Shown here in pieces: positions 1-14,935 of a stretch of DNA of 64,000 nucleotides; position 1 is the stretch's first letter, and every line of letters begins with the position of its first letter. Source of the DNA: Phaeosaccion multiseriatum (lineage: Eukaryota > Protista > Ochrophyta, other classes). The stretch covers positions 1,984,001 to 2,048,000 of the forward strand of contig OZ218959.1 of NCBI GenBank assembly GCA_965112735.1. The letters run 5' to 3'. Both the position numbers and the translations under genes were made by a program. A model generated the notes under the pieces. It was given only the letters and a program-made list of their open reading frames with translations. It was not told where the DNA came from and did not search any database.

Positions 1-79
1 CTCTGATCTCCCCTCTCCTCCTCCATCAACTAACTGCCATCCTCCGCCCTGCTCTCTCTTCCCTCTGCTGTCCTGGTAG

Positions 80-1479
80 GTGTCTCTGCTGTATCGCTTG
101 CAGTACCGGGTGCAGACGTCGTTCCTGGTGTTGTTTGCACCGCTGTGGATTTCGGTTGTGCTGAGCTTTCTTATTCGATGCTGCACCCCTTACGCCACAA
201 CAAACCGAGACGCGGTGAGTAGCACGTAGGTAAAACACCAAACTCATCACTGTGGACTGCTGTCCCCACCTGCCCCCCCCCCCGCCCCCCTCAAATCGAC
301 TGACTCATAGAAGCGAACCTGAACACCCTTCCTTTCTACACGCCCCCATGATACACACACATATAACAACACACGAACACATGGAATTTGTTGATTATCC
401 CCCCCCCAAATCATCTTCTCACCCGACCCCCACCGTTCACACCGGACACGAAACCGAAACGAAACCGACGACAGGCGCGGCTCCGTATGCTCCGCTTTCG
501 GGCGGTGCTCGGCGGTCTCCTTAACCTCGTGGGTCGCGGGACTCAGCCCTTGCTCGTGGCTGCCAAGCTGGACAATCTTCTGAAGGTGGCATGGGCGGTC
601 ATCTTCATTCCCTCCTGGGCCATGATCATCTTTATTCTGGTAGTGGCGGTTTCACTGTGCAGTTTCACGCCCGCCCTGTCGCAGAGGGGCTCCGAGCCCG
701 AGAGGCACGCGATGCGGCAAATGTTGCTCCTTGCCAGCTTTGTTGCGCTGACGCTGGGGGCCTGCTCCTTCGCCTTTCTCTTTCGCCTGACCCGAGCGCT
801 CGACCGTCGTGACAACGACGACGGTGACGACCACGTAGCCAGAGGTGGTGGGCCCTCCGTGGCGGCCATTCTCACACCGCTGATTTGTCTCTACGCCTGT
901 ATGCTCCTCTTCTTACCGTGGCTGCTGCTGAGTAGTCGCAAGTACCAAGAAGCTCTCGTCGAGGCCGCCGAAGCCCTACGTAATGCCCAGGACCCCCAGG
1001 GAGGCAGCGATGACGGACCACCCCGCAGTCCGGAGGGGGTGATTGGAAACATTCTCTCTTCGCCGACCTTCCTCTTGTTGGACGAGGGCAACGATTCCCT
1101 CTTCCGGAGGGCTCCTCACAGCTTTATTCGGCAGTTGGACGCCGACCAAGTCCAAGGGGAAGGGGCACATGCTTCGAGGAACGCAGAGGAGGAAGGCTGG
1201 GAGGGAGCGGGTGCTGCTGGTGCTGCTGGTGTTGCTGGTGCTGCTGGTGCTGCTGGTGCTGCTGGCGGCATGGAGGCGGGACGAGATCACCAACAGGAGC
1301 AGCGACAATCGCAGAAGGTCCATCAGAAGGGGGGGGTGCAGCAGGAGATGCTTCCGAGGAGGAGGAGCAGCAGCAAGAGGCTGTTCGGACGAGGAGGGCT
1401 TGTGTTGGAACCCGGCAGTAGCAGGGTGGGCGGAGGGGGCAGCAGCAACGATTTAGAGGCATTGGAGAGAGAGGAAGAC

Positions 1480-1510
<31 letters not shown>

Positions 1511-2441
1511 TGCTGCTGCAAGATGGCCGGAAAGGAGGAGGCGTCAGTATGGAGATGGGCGGCTTTGATTTTCGCAAACCAAGTCCAGATGCATCAGCGA
1601 CAGCAGCAGTTGGTGATACAGAAGCACCAACAGCAGCATCAGCAGCAGGAGCAGCAGCGGCGGTGGGTGGTGATACAGCAACCGCCGCAGCAGCGGCCGA
1701 AGGTCAGAAAGACGCAGACAGTCCCCCGGGGGGAGGGGAGGGAGACGACCAAAGCCACGTCCAAAGCCCATTACAACCTGCTCCTGTACCACCAACTGCT
1801 GTGCCACCAACTGCTGTGCCACCAACAGCTGTGGGTAGTGTGCCCTTGAGGCTCTTTCAATCTGAGCCCTTCTCGCCAAGCAGCGAGGGCAGCGGACGTC
1901 AGAGGCCCCGACCGCTATCGGAAGACATAGGACTTTCGCGGAGCCCAGCCATGAGGCCCGCGGCGACACCGCCCAAGAATGTGTGCTTTATCTGCTGTGC
2001 GCGACCTGCCGACGCTGTTATTATGGAGTGCGGTCACGGAGGGATGTGCTACCCATGCGGACAGGTATTGGCCAAGTCCAGCAAGCAGCGCTGCCCTGTG
2101 TGCAGGGATAAAATCACTCAGGTTCTGCGCTTCGAGGAGGTGGGGGTGCTTGCCAGTGAACAAGGAGAAGACGGAGAAGGAGCAGCAGCAGCAGGAGGAG
2201 GAGGGGGAGGAGGAGGGGGGGGGGGGGGCAATAGGGCGACGGGCCACAGTGGGAAGAAGAGGAAGCCGGACAGGTTGCTAGTGTTTCGCAGCAGCGAGGG
2301 CCTGGCCATTACGCGCAAGGGTGATGCCTCTGTTGCTGCCGGTGTGTCACCAACTCTTGCTGCTGGTACTGGTACTGGTGGCGCTGTTGGCGGGGGCGGT
2401 AGGTCCCATTTTCGAAGGAACACTGACCCTGCAGGAGCAGT

Positions 2442-2473
<32 letters not shown>

Positions 2474-3297
2474 GAGGAATAGCAGCAGCAGCAGCAGCAG
2501 CAGGAGGAGGAGGAGGAGGAGGAGGAGGAGGAGCTGGAGGAGGAGCAGGAGGAGGAGGGGCAGCATCAGGAGCAGCAGGGGGCGGTGGCGGGTTGGCTGA
2601 GCTATCTAGCGTAGCACAGCAAAATAGGGGTGATGGGGCTCTTCTTCCGCGAGGCAGCGGAAGTAGGGACGAAGGGCTTGATGTAGCAGGCAGGCTGGCA
2701 GCGAGGCTTGAGCGTTCAACCGCTGCTGTAGCACCAACTACTGCGACTGCGACTTCTACTACTGCTGCTTCCATCGCTCCTAGCGTTGGCATCTCTCTTC
2801 TTCCGCCAGACAGGGACGAGGGGCTTGATGCAACAGGCAGGCTGGCAGCCAGGCTGGCAGCCAGGCTTGATCCCTCAACCGCTGCTGTATCACCAACGAC
2901 TACTGCTGCGGCTGCTGCTACTACTGCTGCTGCTTCCATCGCTCCTAGCGCGGGTCTCTCGGGAGGGGGCAGAGCCGTCCAACAACAACAACAACAGCAG
3001 CAGCAGCAGGAGCAGCAGCAACAGCAGCAGCAGCGGCGGCGGCAGCAGCAGAGTGGTAGCGCTTTCGCACCCCGAATGGACTTACGTACAGCAAGGGAGG
3101 AGGACGAGGTCAGTGTAAGTGTTGTGAGCGGGGTGAGTAGAGACGATATCAGCGTGAGCACCATGAGCACCACCGAGGACGAGAGGGGGAGGCCGAGGAG
3201 GCTACTCATTTCGGGGAGGAGACCCACTTCGGACTACGACCCTACTGCTCCGGTACCACCAACTACTGCAGCAACGCGGGTGTTCCGTCGTAGGTAA
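80..3297 (+). CDS. Multi-pass membrane protein with C3HC4-type RING finger (TMEM185/Fragile-X-F-like N-terminus + RING E3 ligase); 5' end lies upstream of the window
   Basis: Exon 80-214 (VSLLYRLQY...FAPLWIS), GT-AG intron 215-474, then a long exon 475-3297 with hydrophobic helices (VAAKLD...WAVIFIPSW) and the RING motif CFICCARPADAVIMECGHGGMCYPCG...RCPVCR at ~1984-2106; low-complexity tail. Confidence 0.8.
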
Positions 3298-3339
3298 GGG
3301 TCGCGATGGAGGGAACAGGGCAGAGTGCAGAGTCCAGCG

Positions 3340-3373
<34 letters not shown>

Positions 3374-4236
3374 GTGATACAGCAGCAGCGCGCCAAATGA
3401 GGGCGAGTGGCGGGGGGCGGCAGAGGACCCACCCATGCGCCCTTCCGGCGTGGTGGGAGTCCCCCTCCCACCCCGCCTGAATGGAGAGGTCTCAGAGGCA
3501 AACACCACCCTCTACTTCAAGGGAGGAAAAAGGGAGGGGAAGAACAAGAAAAAGAACAAGAACAAGAACAAGAACAAGGTCTCCAAAGGCCCGTATATGG
3601 GAGAGACGAGGGGAGGATCGCGACGCTCTACCCACCCAGAGAAGGGGTTGGTCTATTGATTCGTAGATTCATTCGCTTACTGGTTCGTTGGGCCCTGGGG
3701 GAAGGGTAATCCCAATTGGCCGGTCGTTCATCAGTTGGCGTACATGATATGTTTGAAAGGGCTCTACCCTTGGGATTGGCCCTCCGTTTGGCATTTATCC
3801 TTTACTGTCATGTTTTTATTCTTCAATATGTTATACACCTGGATCACTGTCACCATCTCTATATACCTCGCGGTACCCCAGCTGCCACAAGTGGTACCTA
3901 ACACCCGCTCCCAAACCCCAACGAAGGGAGGCGGTTGTCTGTCAAAAGTCGAGCTCCCACCCCCCCCCGGCCATGGGTTGTCTGTGGTCAGCAACCAGCT
4001 AGCAACGCCAAGCACATAAACCCTCTTCTCTGCGCCTCTGGAGTCAACGCGCATGAAACCAAGTAGCTGCTGCGACCTCCTCCTCCCTCCCCGCTTGTTA
4101 CAGGCACTCACGGGACGCAGGATTGCTCTATTTCATGGGACGCATTGCACCACCTGCTCATCAACGCACTGCTCTCACTCTCACTCATGCTCGACACATG
4201 GACACATTGGCCTACTGATGACTTACGACACTCCCT

Positions 4237-6427
<2,191 letters not shown>

Positions 6428-6630
6428 CTCCGAAAAGGAGGCGTTTTCCTTGCTGCCACTAACACTGTCGCTGGCCTGAGCTATCTGATTGCACCTTATC
6501 TGTTGCTGCGATACTAAGGACGCTGCAAGAAGGCGAGAGGTATAGGCAAGAGGAGGAGGAAGAAAAGGAGGAAGAGAAGATCCACAGGGTGCCATCTGTC
6601 AGGGGCAAAGAGCCTAATAGTAATAAATAA

Positions 6631-7168
6631 CTAGCTCTCCATCCTTTTCTTGAGCGTGACCGGCTTGCTGCGCACCCCAAGCTTACTCGCGATCGCATCC
6701 ACCGCCTTCTGCATCTCTTCCTGCGAACCATTAAAACTGTGGCTGCCTCCTTCTACCACCGTCAGCGAGCTACCCCCCTCCCTTCCGAGAGCCGCCATAA
6801 AGCTATGAGCATCCTTGACGGGGATCACCGCGTCGGCGTCTCCATGAATTGTATGTACCACCAACTTCTCCCCCTTCGCAGCTCTCTCCTTGACGGCTGA
6901 ACACGTCCTTGCAAGGTCCAGCGCCGCTCTCTCAACAAAGTCCTCTTTCCGCACGTACAAATCCTTGCCCTCGAATGTGCGCCACAGCATCTCCCCCTTG
7001 CTGTCCAGGTCCGCCCACTGCTCCTCCGAGAAGCGAGACCGAGGGGTTTGTGAGGTATCGAAGCGTCCGGCTACGTTGAAGATCACCGGCACGTCTCCGT
7101 GCTGCTCTCCGTACGCCATGACCGTTGCGGCTCCTTTGCTGTGTCCCTGTAAGTGAAGGACACACAGT

Positions 7169-7227
<59 letters not shown>

Positions 7228-8044
7228 AGAGAGAAGAGAGTGAGACGAGCGAGGGAGGAACAGAGGCGGCAAGAGAGAGAGAGTGCGGGTCACTCGCTCA
7301 GTCACCCACGCATTCAAGCACTCACCAGTATCGCCTCGACAGTCCAGCCCTCCGTTCTAAGCCATTCGATCACTGTCCTCAAGTCCTCCACTTCCCTCTG
7401 GTAGCCTGCGTAGACCCACTCTCCGCCGCTCTCACCGTTGCCACTGACATTAAGAAAGCGGGCAAGGCAAAAAGCAAATGAGCGGAGAGGGGAGATGGAC
7501 ACAACAGGAAGTTGACACGTCAGCTGAGTTTTCTCTAATGTAAAAGCATAAACAGGGGGGGCATGTGCCCACAGCTTGCGCAGCGAGATGAGGTGGCAGC
7601 GCAGCACCCAAGTGGTGATGCATACCTAAAGTCGAAGGCGAGCGTGTTGTAGTCCAAGCCCTCTCGCGCCGCCTTCACTACACTACCGTCCTTGCTGCTC
7701 GTCAAGCCGTGACAGAGCACCTGCGGGAAAGATGATGGGACGTCAGCCGGAGAAGGGGGGAGGGGAGCAGGACATCAACAACAAGAAGAGCCTACCATAA
7801 TGTTTCGATTGTCTGGAGCCGCCTCACACAAGAGTGCTGATAACTCCCAACTCTCCCGGGGAATCTGCACGCTCTTGGAGGGTGGAACTTCACCACTGCT
7901 GCTGCTCTCTCTGTCCGCCATCTTCACCACTCCCCTGCTGCTCCTACTGCTGCTCAGGAGACTCTGGAAGCCTTCCACCCCTATGCTGGACAAGAACCCA
8001 AGGACCAATACCAAGGCGACAGCACACTGACAAAGCAAGGTCAT
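6631..8044 (-). CDS. Alpha/beta hydrolase (esterase-like), probably plastid-targeted (4 exons)
   Basis: VLCHG...AFDF, GNGESGG, nucleophile elbow GHSKG, TIHGDADAVIPV, VEGGSHSF; N-terminal signal peptide ending VEG-F. Confidence 0.85.
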
Positions 8045-8504
8045 GGAGGGAGAGGGATATATATTGACTTAAGAGGAATCACCTGAGAAACTGAAACTGA
8101 AAGTGTGTGGGTGGGTGTGTGTGTGAGACGAGAGTGTCAAGGTGGGGAGGAGGGGGGACGCGTGCACGATTGGAGAACCAAGAGTAGACCCCGAAAGGCG
8201 GAGGCCGCCGAAGCGACTGCCGCCGAACGAGGGAGAGGGATAAAGGAAGAACGAAGGCGGCGAGGATTTGTAATTCACAGAACCGGTCGGAGCACCAACA
8301 TGCGCGTCAGCGACTGCCCGCACACAGTCATCGCTTTCCTGGGCCTTTTATCCGTATCTCTTGGCAGCAAGCATAAAAGTTCGAGGAGGAGGTCGAACTA
8401 TGGACGACTCCTCGAATTATTGAGGTCAAATCTGCTCTGAAAGGTCGGGACGCGCTGAGAATACGAGAATACAGGCGGTAGCTCAGAGAGCGGAGAGCGG
8501 GACG

Positions 8505-9249
8505 ATGGGGGGTGATAAGAAAGATGCAGCCCAGGAAAAGGAAGTGGACATATTCAGAGACACGAGCCTGCGATACACTGGATACTGCAACGAGGTGTGG
8601 AGCCTAGGGAGGTGCTTAGGACAGGGACGGGGAATTCACTTTTGCGTGTTGATTCTCGTCTCAGACAGTCCTCGCTGTTGTCTGCTGCTCTTGCGCGTGC
8701 TCTCGCCGAACAGGTGGGAGAGGCTTTCCGCAACCTCGCCCCGCGTTTTGTTCGACCGTCCTATGCCATATCAATCGCCTATGTCATGGCCGACACGGCG
8801 TCCAAGGCACAGGCCGCGGAGAAGCCCTTAGCGACAGCTACCGATGTCTTCACCTGGTGCGTCCGCGTGAGGCCTTCCCAAGGCTGGGGCCTTTTCGATG
8901 TGGAGGGAATGAGCTGTCTTGCGCCTTGCATCTACCACTGACTTCCCCTTGCTCTGTGTGCCCTTCCTCCGCCTCCTCCTCCTCATCCATCGATTCGTTC
9001 CGCACCAGGCAAATGGCTGCGAGTGTGATTGTGCCAGGTGTTGCCATCAACTGCGTCGTCAAGGCAGCGACGGTAGGGCTCAAGTACGCCGCCGGTGCCC
9101 CTGCGCCGGTAAAGAAATGGCTGCCAACCCTCCTGGGATTGGGAGCGATACCCCTGATCATTACCCCAATAGACGACTTCGTCCACAAGGGTATGGACTT
9201 AACGATTCGACCCTACCTGCACGCGTCTGAAGTAAAGAAGCAAGTTTGA
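8505..9249 (+). CDS. MTFP1: Mitochondrial fission process protein 1 (MTP18 family), 3 exons
   Basis: VDIFRDTSLRYTGYCNE|VGEAFR...SYAISIAYVMADT...DVFTW|QMAASVIVPGVAIN...KWLPTLLGLGAIPLIITPID is the MTP18 signature. Confidence 0.88.
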
Positions 9250-9250
9250 C

Positions 9251-9252
<2 letters not shown>

Positions 9253-9343
<91 letters not shown>
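9253..9343. repeat. (GTA)n microsatellite immediately after the MTFP1 stop codon
   Basis: Seen directly. Confidence 0.95.
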
Positions 9344-9894
9344 AAGAGGAGCAGCAGCAGCAGCAGCCGGGAAAGAGGGAATGATACATACATATATATA
9401 GCTGAGAGAGCAGGAAGGCCGAGTGCTGGCCTGTGAGGCGTCGGGAGCGGCGTACAGTAAGTTAACCAATTGCTTGGTATACCTTATATAGGTTTATAAA
9501 GAGGGTGAGGCACATGAACGACTTTGTCCCGACTCTCACTTCCTTTCTTCGTCACACACGACCTTCGTCGCCACTGACCTACTACTACTACCAGTATTAT
9601 AACCTTAATGGTACTATGTCCAGAATCCATGAATTGCTCTGCTCTCCTGTGTATGTACTCTACGTTTCTTTGTATGTGCTGCTGTTGCATCCGCATCTGC
9701 CCCTGCCCCTGCCCCTTCCCCCCCACCTCCTTCTACTCCTCATCCTCCCCCTCCTCCTCTCACTCCCACCCCGGTAGAAAACGCGTTCTCCAAAGAGTTC
9801 TCATCTCGGCCCATCTCACCGGGGGCTGCCCCTCCCTCTGAAACGCTCATAGCACCGAATGGCGCAGAACCCCCCTCCAGCCCTCTGCATGCCC

Positions 9895-10198
9895 TCATTC
9901 ATGCCACGTCCAGCGGGGGCCTAGCATGACCTGGGCAACTCCTTCGGTGTGTGCATGGGGGGGAAACCCTGCAGTCGAGTGCGACAACTCCAGCTCTGTC
10001 TCGCGCTGCATCTCGTGCTGCTGCTGCTGCTGCTGCCGATGGATGGTTCGAATAGCGTGACGCAACCGAAGCTGCTGAGCAAGTTCGCCCATCGGTGAAG
10101 ACAGCGGGCAGTTCGGGGGTGAAATTGTCATGGTGCGCGAATGCCGCGAAGCGAACGACGACGGGCTTGGCGGTGAGTGTACGCCGCTGTCGTGTGGA

Positions 10199-10272
<74 letters not shown>

Positions 10273-10809
10273 CTTTCCTAGCCCAATGCCGCACTTCAAC
10301 ACGTGCTGCGGGAAGGGTTGCCCGTGTCCTTGAAGCGCTGCCGACGGTGCTGACAGTGGCGCTGCAAAGCCATGCGTCTGCATGGGCGACATCTGATTTA
10401 GGCGCGAATGCTCGTCCTGTTGCTGTTGCGCTTGTTCTTGGTCTTGCTCGAGCAGCTTACGCTGGGGAGAGATTGGAGACGCCAGTCCGAGTAGAATCCC
10501 TCCCATGAAATGCTGCTTCGGCGGCGGCTGCTGCTGCTGCTGGTGGTGGTGGTGGTGGAGGCCGCGCTGTTGCAGCTCCTCCTCTGCCTGCCAAGGCTCC
10601 TCGTCCATTTCGACAGTCGCTGGCTAACGGGAAGGCCTCGAACGCTTCATCTGGGGGGGGGGAGACCGAGTTGGCACCGTACAGGCCCAACTGCTGAGGG
10701 GGGCGCGCGTTGCTCAAGCGCATCATGGAAGGGTAGTCCGTCTCGAGCACACGCGGCAATGGGCGCTGTAAAGGCTGCCGCTGCTGCTGCTGCTGCTCCT
10801 GTATCGCCA

Positions 10810-10863
<54 letters not shown>

Positions 10864-12090
10864 CGGTGCGGTGCCCCTGGCAGATGCCTCCACGACGCGC
10901 GAGGCGGGGGCATGCGGGATAGCTGCACCTACGTTGCGCCCTCTTGACTGGGCCGTGCAGCTCACAATTCCCGCCGCCAAGCACCACGGCATGCTAGCCT
11001 GCCATGCAGCCCTGCACGGGACAGGGGAGGTTGCCGGTGGTATGACGGGCTGCTGGTTGGCTCTCTGCTACTGAGCCGCCCATACCTCTAATATACACCA
11101 CGGCATTGCACTCCTCGGCACGACATCGCTTGACCATGACCGCTCCATGGCTTTTGCACGTGCCCTGCCTAGGCCACGGCGAGCCTTGAGCAGCCTTCCT
11201 TGTCACAGAGCTTCCGTAGTTGAGCCTGTTTACCGTGTTGACCACAAAACCTGCTCTTACGGGCATACTTGTCGCAGTTCGGGCGGTCACGGGCGCGGAG
11301 GCACGCCTGAGAAGGAAGACCGGTGGGAGGGGGGGGGGAGGGTCAGTGTAGAGGGCACAAGCTCACAAGCTCTCCGCCTCTCTTTCTGTGCGTGCGCGTG
11401 TGTGTGCGTCCATGATGAGAGCGGTACCCGAGCAACGAAAGGAAGGTTTTTACTCCCCACCCCCACTCCTGTGCCGCTCCTCCCTTCACTCACCCCGTGC
11501 TTCAGGCACAAGCCTCTCTCTCTAGCAAAGCTCTTACATCCGTCTACGCAACAGCGGCGTATGTTGGCGTTCTTTTTGCTGGTACTTTTGCGTTTCTCGG
11601 TGCCCTGCGGCTGAGTCTGCCGTCCACGACGGGGGTTAGAGGAGGAGGACGGTCATGCTTCTTCCCCTGCTGACGCAGTCCTTTCATGGTTCGCCAACTG
11701 CCGTTTCCTCCTTCACAGAGGTGCCGGCGTCAAGGAGGGAGGCCACAATCCCTCAACTTGACCCACTCTACTTCCCGCACCGCTTCGAGCACTCCTTTAC
11801 TCCTCCTTATGGTGGTGATGAAAATCTGTACAGCAGCAGAGCAGCTGGCTGTCACGCCTCTGAGGATCGGGCGCTTCCAGTCAGTGCCCCCAAAGTCGTC
11901 AAACATCGGTTGGGGAATCAACTTGACCAACTCCACCACCCGCACTGCTGTAAACGCTCATGTACTCCCTCTCTTCCCGTCGTGGTGCTCTTCCATCCCC
12001 ATCCCCGGACATCTGGTCCAAGTTGTTGTTCGGGAGATCAAAGGGGGAAAAAACGCCTGAGCTTGACCCACTCCACCACCTGCACTACTG
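9895..12090 (-). pseudogene. Decayed WRKY19-like (C-x4-C...C-x2-HG repeat) zinc-finger protein gene with a Gln-rich tail
   Basis: Repeats RRCCVDGCKSFARERGLCLKHG, NCDKYARKSRFCGQHG, LCDKEGCSRLAV*/QGTCKSHG, CPVQGCMAG*HAVVLGGGNCELHG, CSYPACPRLARRGGICQGH; in-frame TAG at 10994-10996 and ~11170; frameshifts near 10620, 11170, 11900 and 12040. Confidence 0.72.
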
Positions 12091-12297
12091 TAACACTCCT
12101 ATAATCCTCCTGATGCGGTGCTTTTATTTTTTTATTTTTTTATTTTTTCCAAACGCCTCGAAGATGATTAATCTTTCTTATGTCAACGATTTACTTTTAG
12201 GAAAACTGTTTTCCCCGCCCAACCCACCGCCCTTTACACGCGAACCTTCATACCGTGGACAAGAGCGACCTCTCGCTGTAGTGGCGTGGTGATTGAA

Positions 12298-14935
12298 ATG
12301 GCAGGGGGAGATTCGCGCGTTGTCGTCGTCGGTAAGCACGCTTGTGTATACCAACGGTTGTGCTTGTTCGGTTATCCTTCTCGCTCTTTGCTAATCGTCT
12401 CTCTGCTGTCTTTATTGTTGAATAGGCGGGGGCTATGGCGGTCTCATGGTGGCTATTGGGCTAGAAGCCTCTACTGGCTGTGAGGTAACGCTTGTTTCGT
12501 CCAGGTAAGGGGAAATTAAGAGTTTTGTTCTCTCTTTTCTTCTCACCTCTCTTGCCTTCTCAGTGAAGTGTTCCTTCATAAGGTCGCCGGATTGCGTGCT
12601 GCAGTGACGGAAGGATGGGATGAGGTGAGGCCGCAATGACCTGCCCTTTCCCTCCTCTGCCCCATGCCTTCTTGCTCCATACCCGTTTCTATCTTTTACG
12701 GCCTTCACTGCTGCACCCCATACGCTGGAATTAACCAAGAGAGAACACCAACTACTCAATCCTTCCCTTCACTTCCGCCGTTGACTCTTTCTCTTCTTCC
12801 CTGCGATACAATGGTATCTCCCACAGCGTATCATGATCCCCTACGCGGGCGTCAAGAACGTTGTCCATGCAAGTAAGTGCATCCATATTTCGTCAGTAGT
12901 ATGATCAATATAAGGCGGCTAGAGAGGGCAAAGCATCACCACACCTTGATTCTACTTTATTAATGGAGTCGACTCCGCATTCCTTCTGTGCCCCCACCCT
13001 CCTGGTCACTATTAGCTGTGACGAAGATCAATTACTCCGCCGACGGGGAGTGCAGTGTTGAGCTTGACAATGGAAAAACTCTTCCGGTGAGTGGCCGCAT
13101 ATACATATATCTATCTTCTCACCTCTCTCAAGCCCCCCCACCCCCACCCCACCCCCCAGAGCTCTGACGACCACGCACCTCTTCCAACCCCCTCCCTCCC
13201 CCACCCTCACATCCACGCTCGCGTTCTGCGTGCACCGTTCATGCCGTGAGTGCAGTTCGATCGCCTGGTCTTGGCAACAGGAAGCATGTCCAGCGACACG
13301 GCGGGCAACGCGGGCAAGGCCACAGACAAGGAGGGCATTCGCAAGGCCTACGCGGAAATGCGGGGCATGACTGGTGCGGCCACCAAGGTGGGTATACATA
13401 TCCATCATGTATTCATGTAACATGTGTCGAGGTCAATAACGTGAAACGGAAACTGAAATGCAGGTCCTCATCATTGGAGGAGGTCCCATCGGCATCGAAA
13501 TGGCGGGAGAGATCAAAGCGAAGACGCCTGACAAGGACGTGACTCTGGTGACGTCCAAGGATCTGATGGAGAGCCCGCTCGCTCCTTTTAGGGAGGCCCT
13601 CAAAACTTCCCTCAAGAAAAAAATGGAGGCCAAGGGAATTAAGGTGAGAGCGAAGGCACCCGACGGCCCAGACGAGAGAGGGTGTGTGCCTGTACGTGTA
13701 TACGATCGGTGGCACCCCTCCGAGTACCAGCGCTGCAGTCCGCGTTGGGGCAGAGAACTGTGCCCCCCCCGCTTCTCACTTCCGCTCTCGCTCTGTGTGT
13801 GTCTTGTGTGTTTACTTCTGCGCGCAACTGTAGGTGCATGTGAATGTCGGAAGGGTGGAATTCGACAAGAGCAAGGGTAAGGATGCGAGAGAGAGAGAGC
13901 GAGCTGTGGTGTTCTCGTGTGTTCATATGTTCATCCGAAACAAGCACTCGTGGACATGACATGACGTGTGGTGTGCATTTGCTCATCATGTCTGATGGTC
14001 TGCTTGATGCGCTCCCCCCTCCCCTCTGGACCGAGGCGCTTACCCCATCACCCCATGGCCTTTCTTTGCTTTGCTCTGCATTCTTCTGCTCTGCTCTCCA
14101 GTGAATGACTACGGCTTCATCCAGGGCAGCAACTCGTACTCGTGGGAGGGCGGGGAGATGGAGGCAGACTTGTGCATCATTTGCATAGGCGCGAGCGACC
14201 CGAGCCCTCTCTACAAGGACAGGTAGGTGCCATGCCAGTTACAGTCTATCAGACCCCTTAATCCAGTACAGAGAATTGATGGGTGACCACACACACTCCC
14301 ATACACACATATATGCACCACTCGCACGCACAGCGGGCTGGAGGCGTGGGTGGACGAGAGGGGCTTCCTCAAGGTGGAGAACACGTTAGAGGTGGAGGGC
14401 ACGGCAGGAACCGTCTTCGCGGTTGGCGACTGCAACAACGCACCACTTCCGAAGCTTGGTGAGTGAGTGAGTAAGTGAGTGAGCGAGGGGGGGAGTGAGG
14501 GAGCGAGGGAGGGAGGGAGAGAGGGAGAGAGAGTGAGTGAGTTAGCGAGGAAGTGAGAGAGTGAGTCATCTCCCTCTGCGTACACACACGCATGGCATGC
14601 ACCACTCACTCCCCACTCAAACTCAACACCCACCCACCCACCCACCCTCAACCCCTCACACAGCCTACCTGGCAGGAGAGACGGCCAAGAGCTTAGTCAA
14701 GAACGTCAACTTGTCCATCAAGGGCTCACCACTGAAGAATATCGTCCCCGCCGCACAGCCGTTCACACTCGTGCCACTGGGGCCCAACGGAGGGGCTGCA
14801 CAGCTCAAGTATCCAGTGCTGGGGGACTTTTTCGTACGAATGGCCAAGGCGAAAGACTTGTTTTGTGCCAAGTTCTGGGCGGATTACAAGGGAGGGACCG
14901 CCCCTCCCGTGGGTGATGGTACGGCGACCAAGTAG
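12298..14935 (+). CDS. FAD/NAD(P)H-dependent oxidoreductase, AIFM2/FSP1 (AMID)-like, ~11 short exons
   Basis: MAGGDSRVVVVG|GGYGG (FAD Rossmann), FDRLVLATGS, VLIIGGGPIGIEMAGEI (NADH), VFAVGDC, LVPLGPNGG; canonical GT-AG introns. Confidence 0.85.

Noticed and set aside
2118-3227. 369-aa antisense ORF (likewise 46359-47387, 46387-47325 and 51441-52643)
   Set aside because: Shadow ORFs of GC-rich, low-complexity coding sequence on the opposite strand
10994-11172. TAG read-through or an alternative genetic code in the CCCH-repeat gene
   Set aside because: The stops come with frameshifts, and TAG is a normal terminator in intact genes here (psbU, AIFM2-like, hydrolase)
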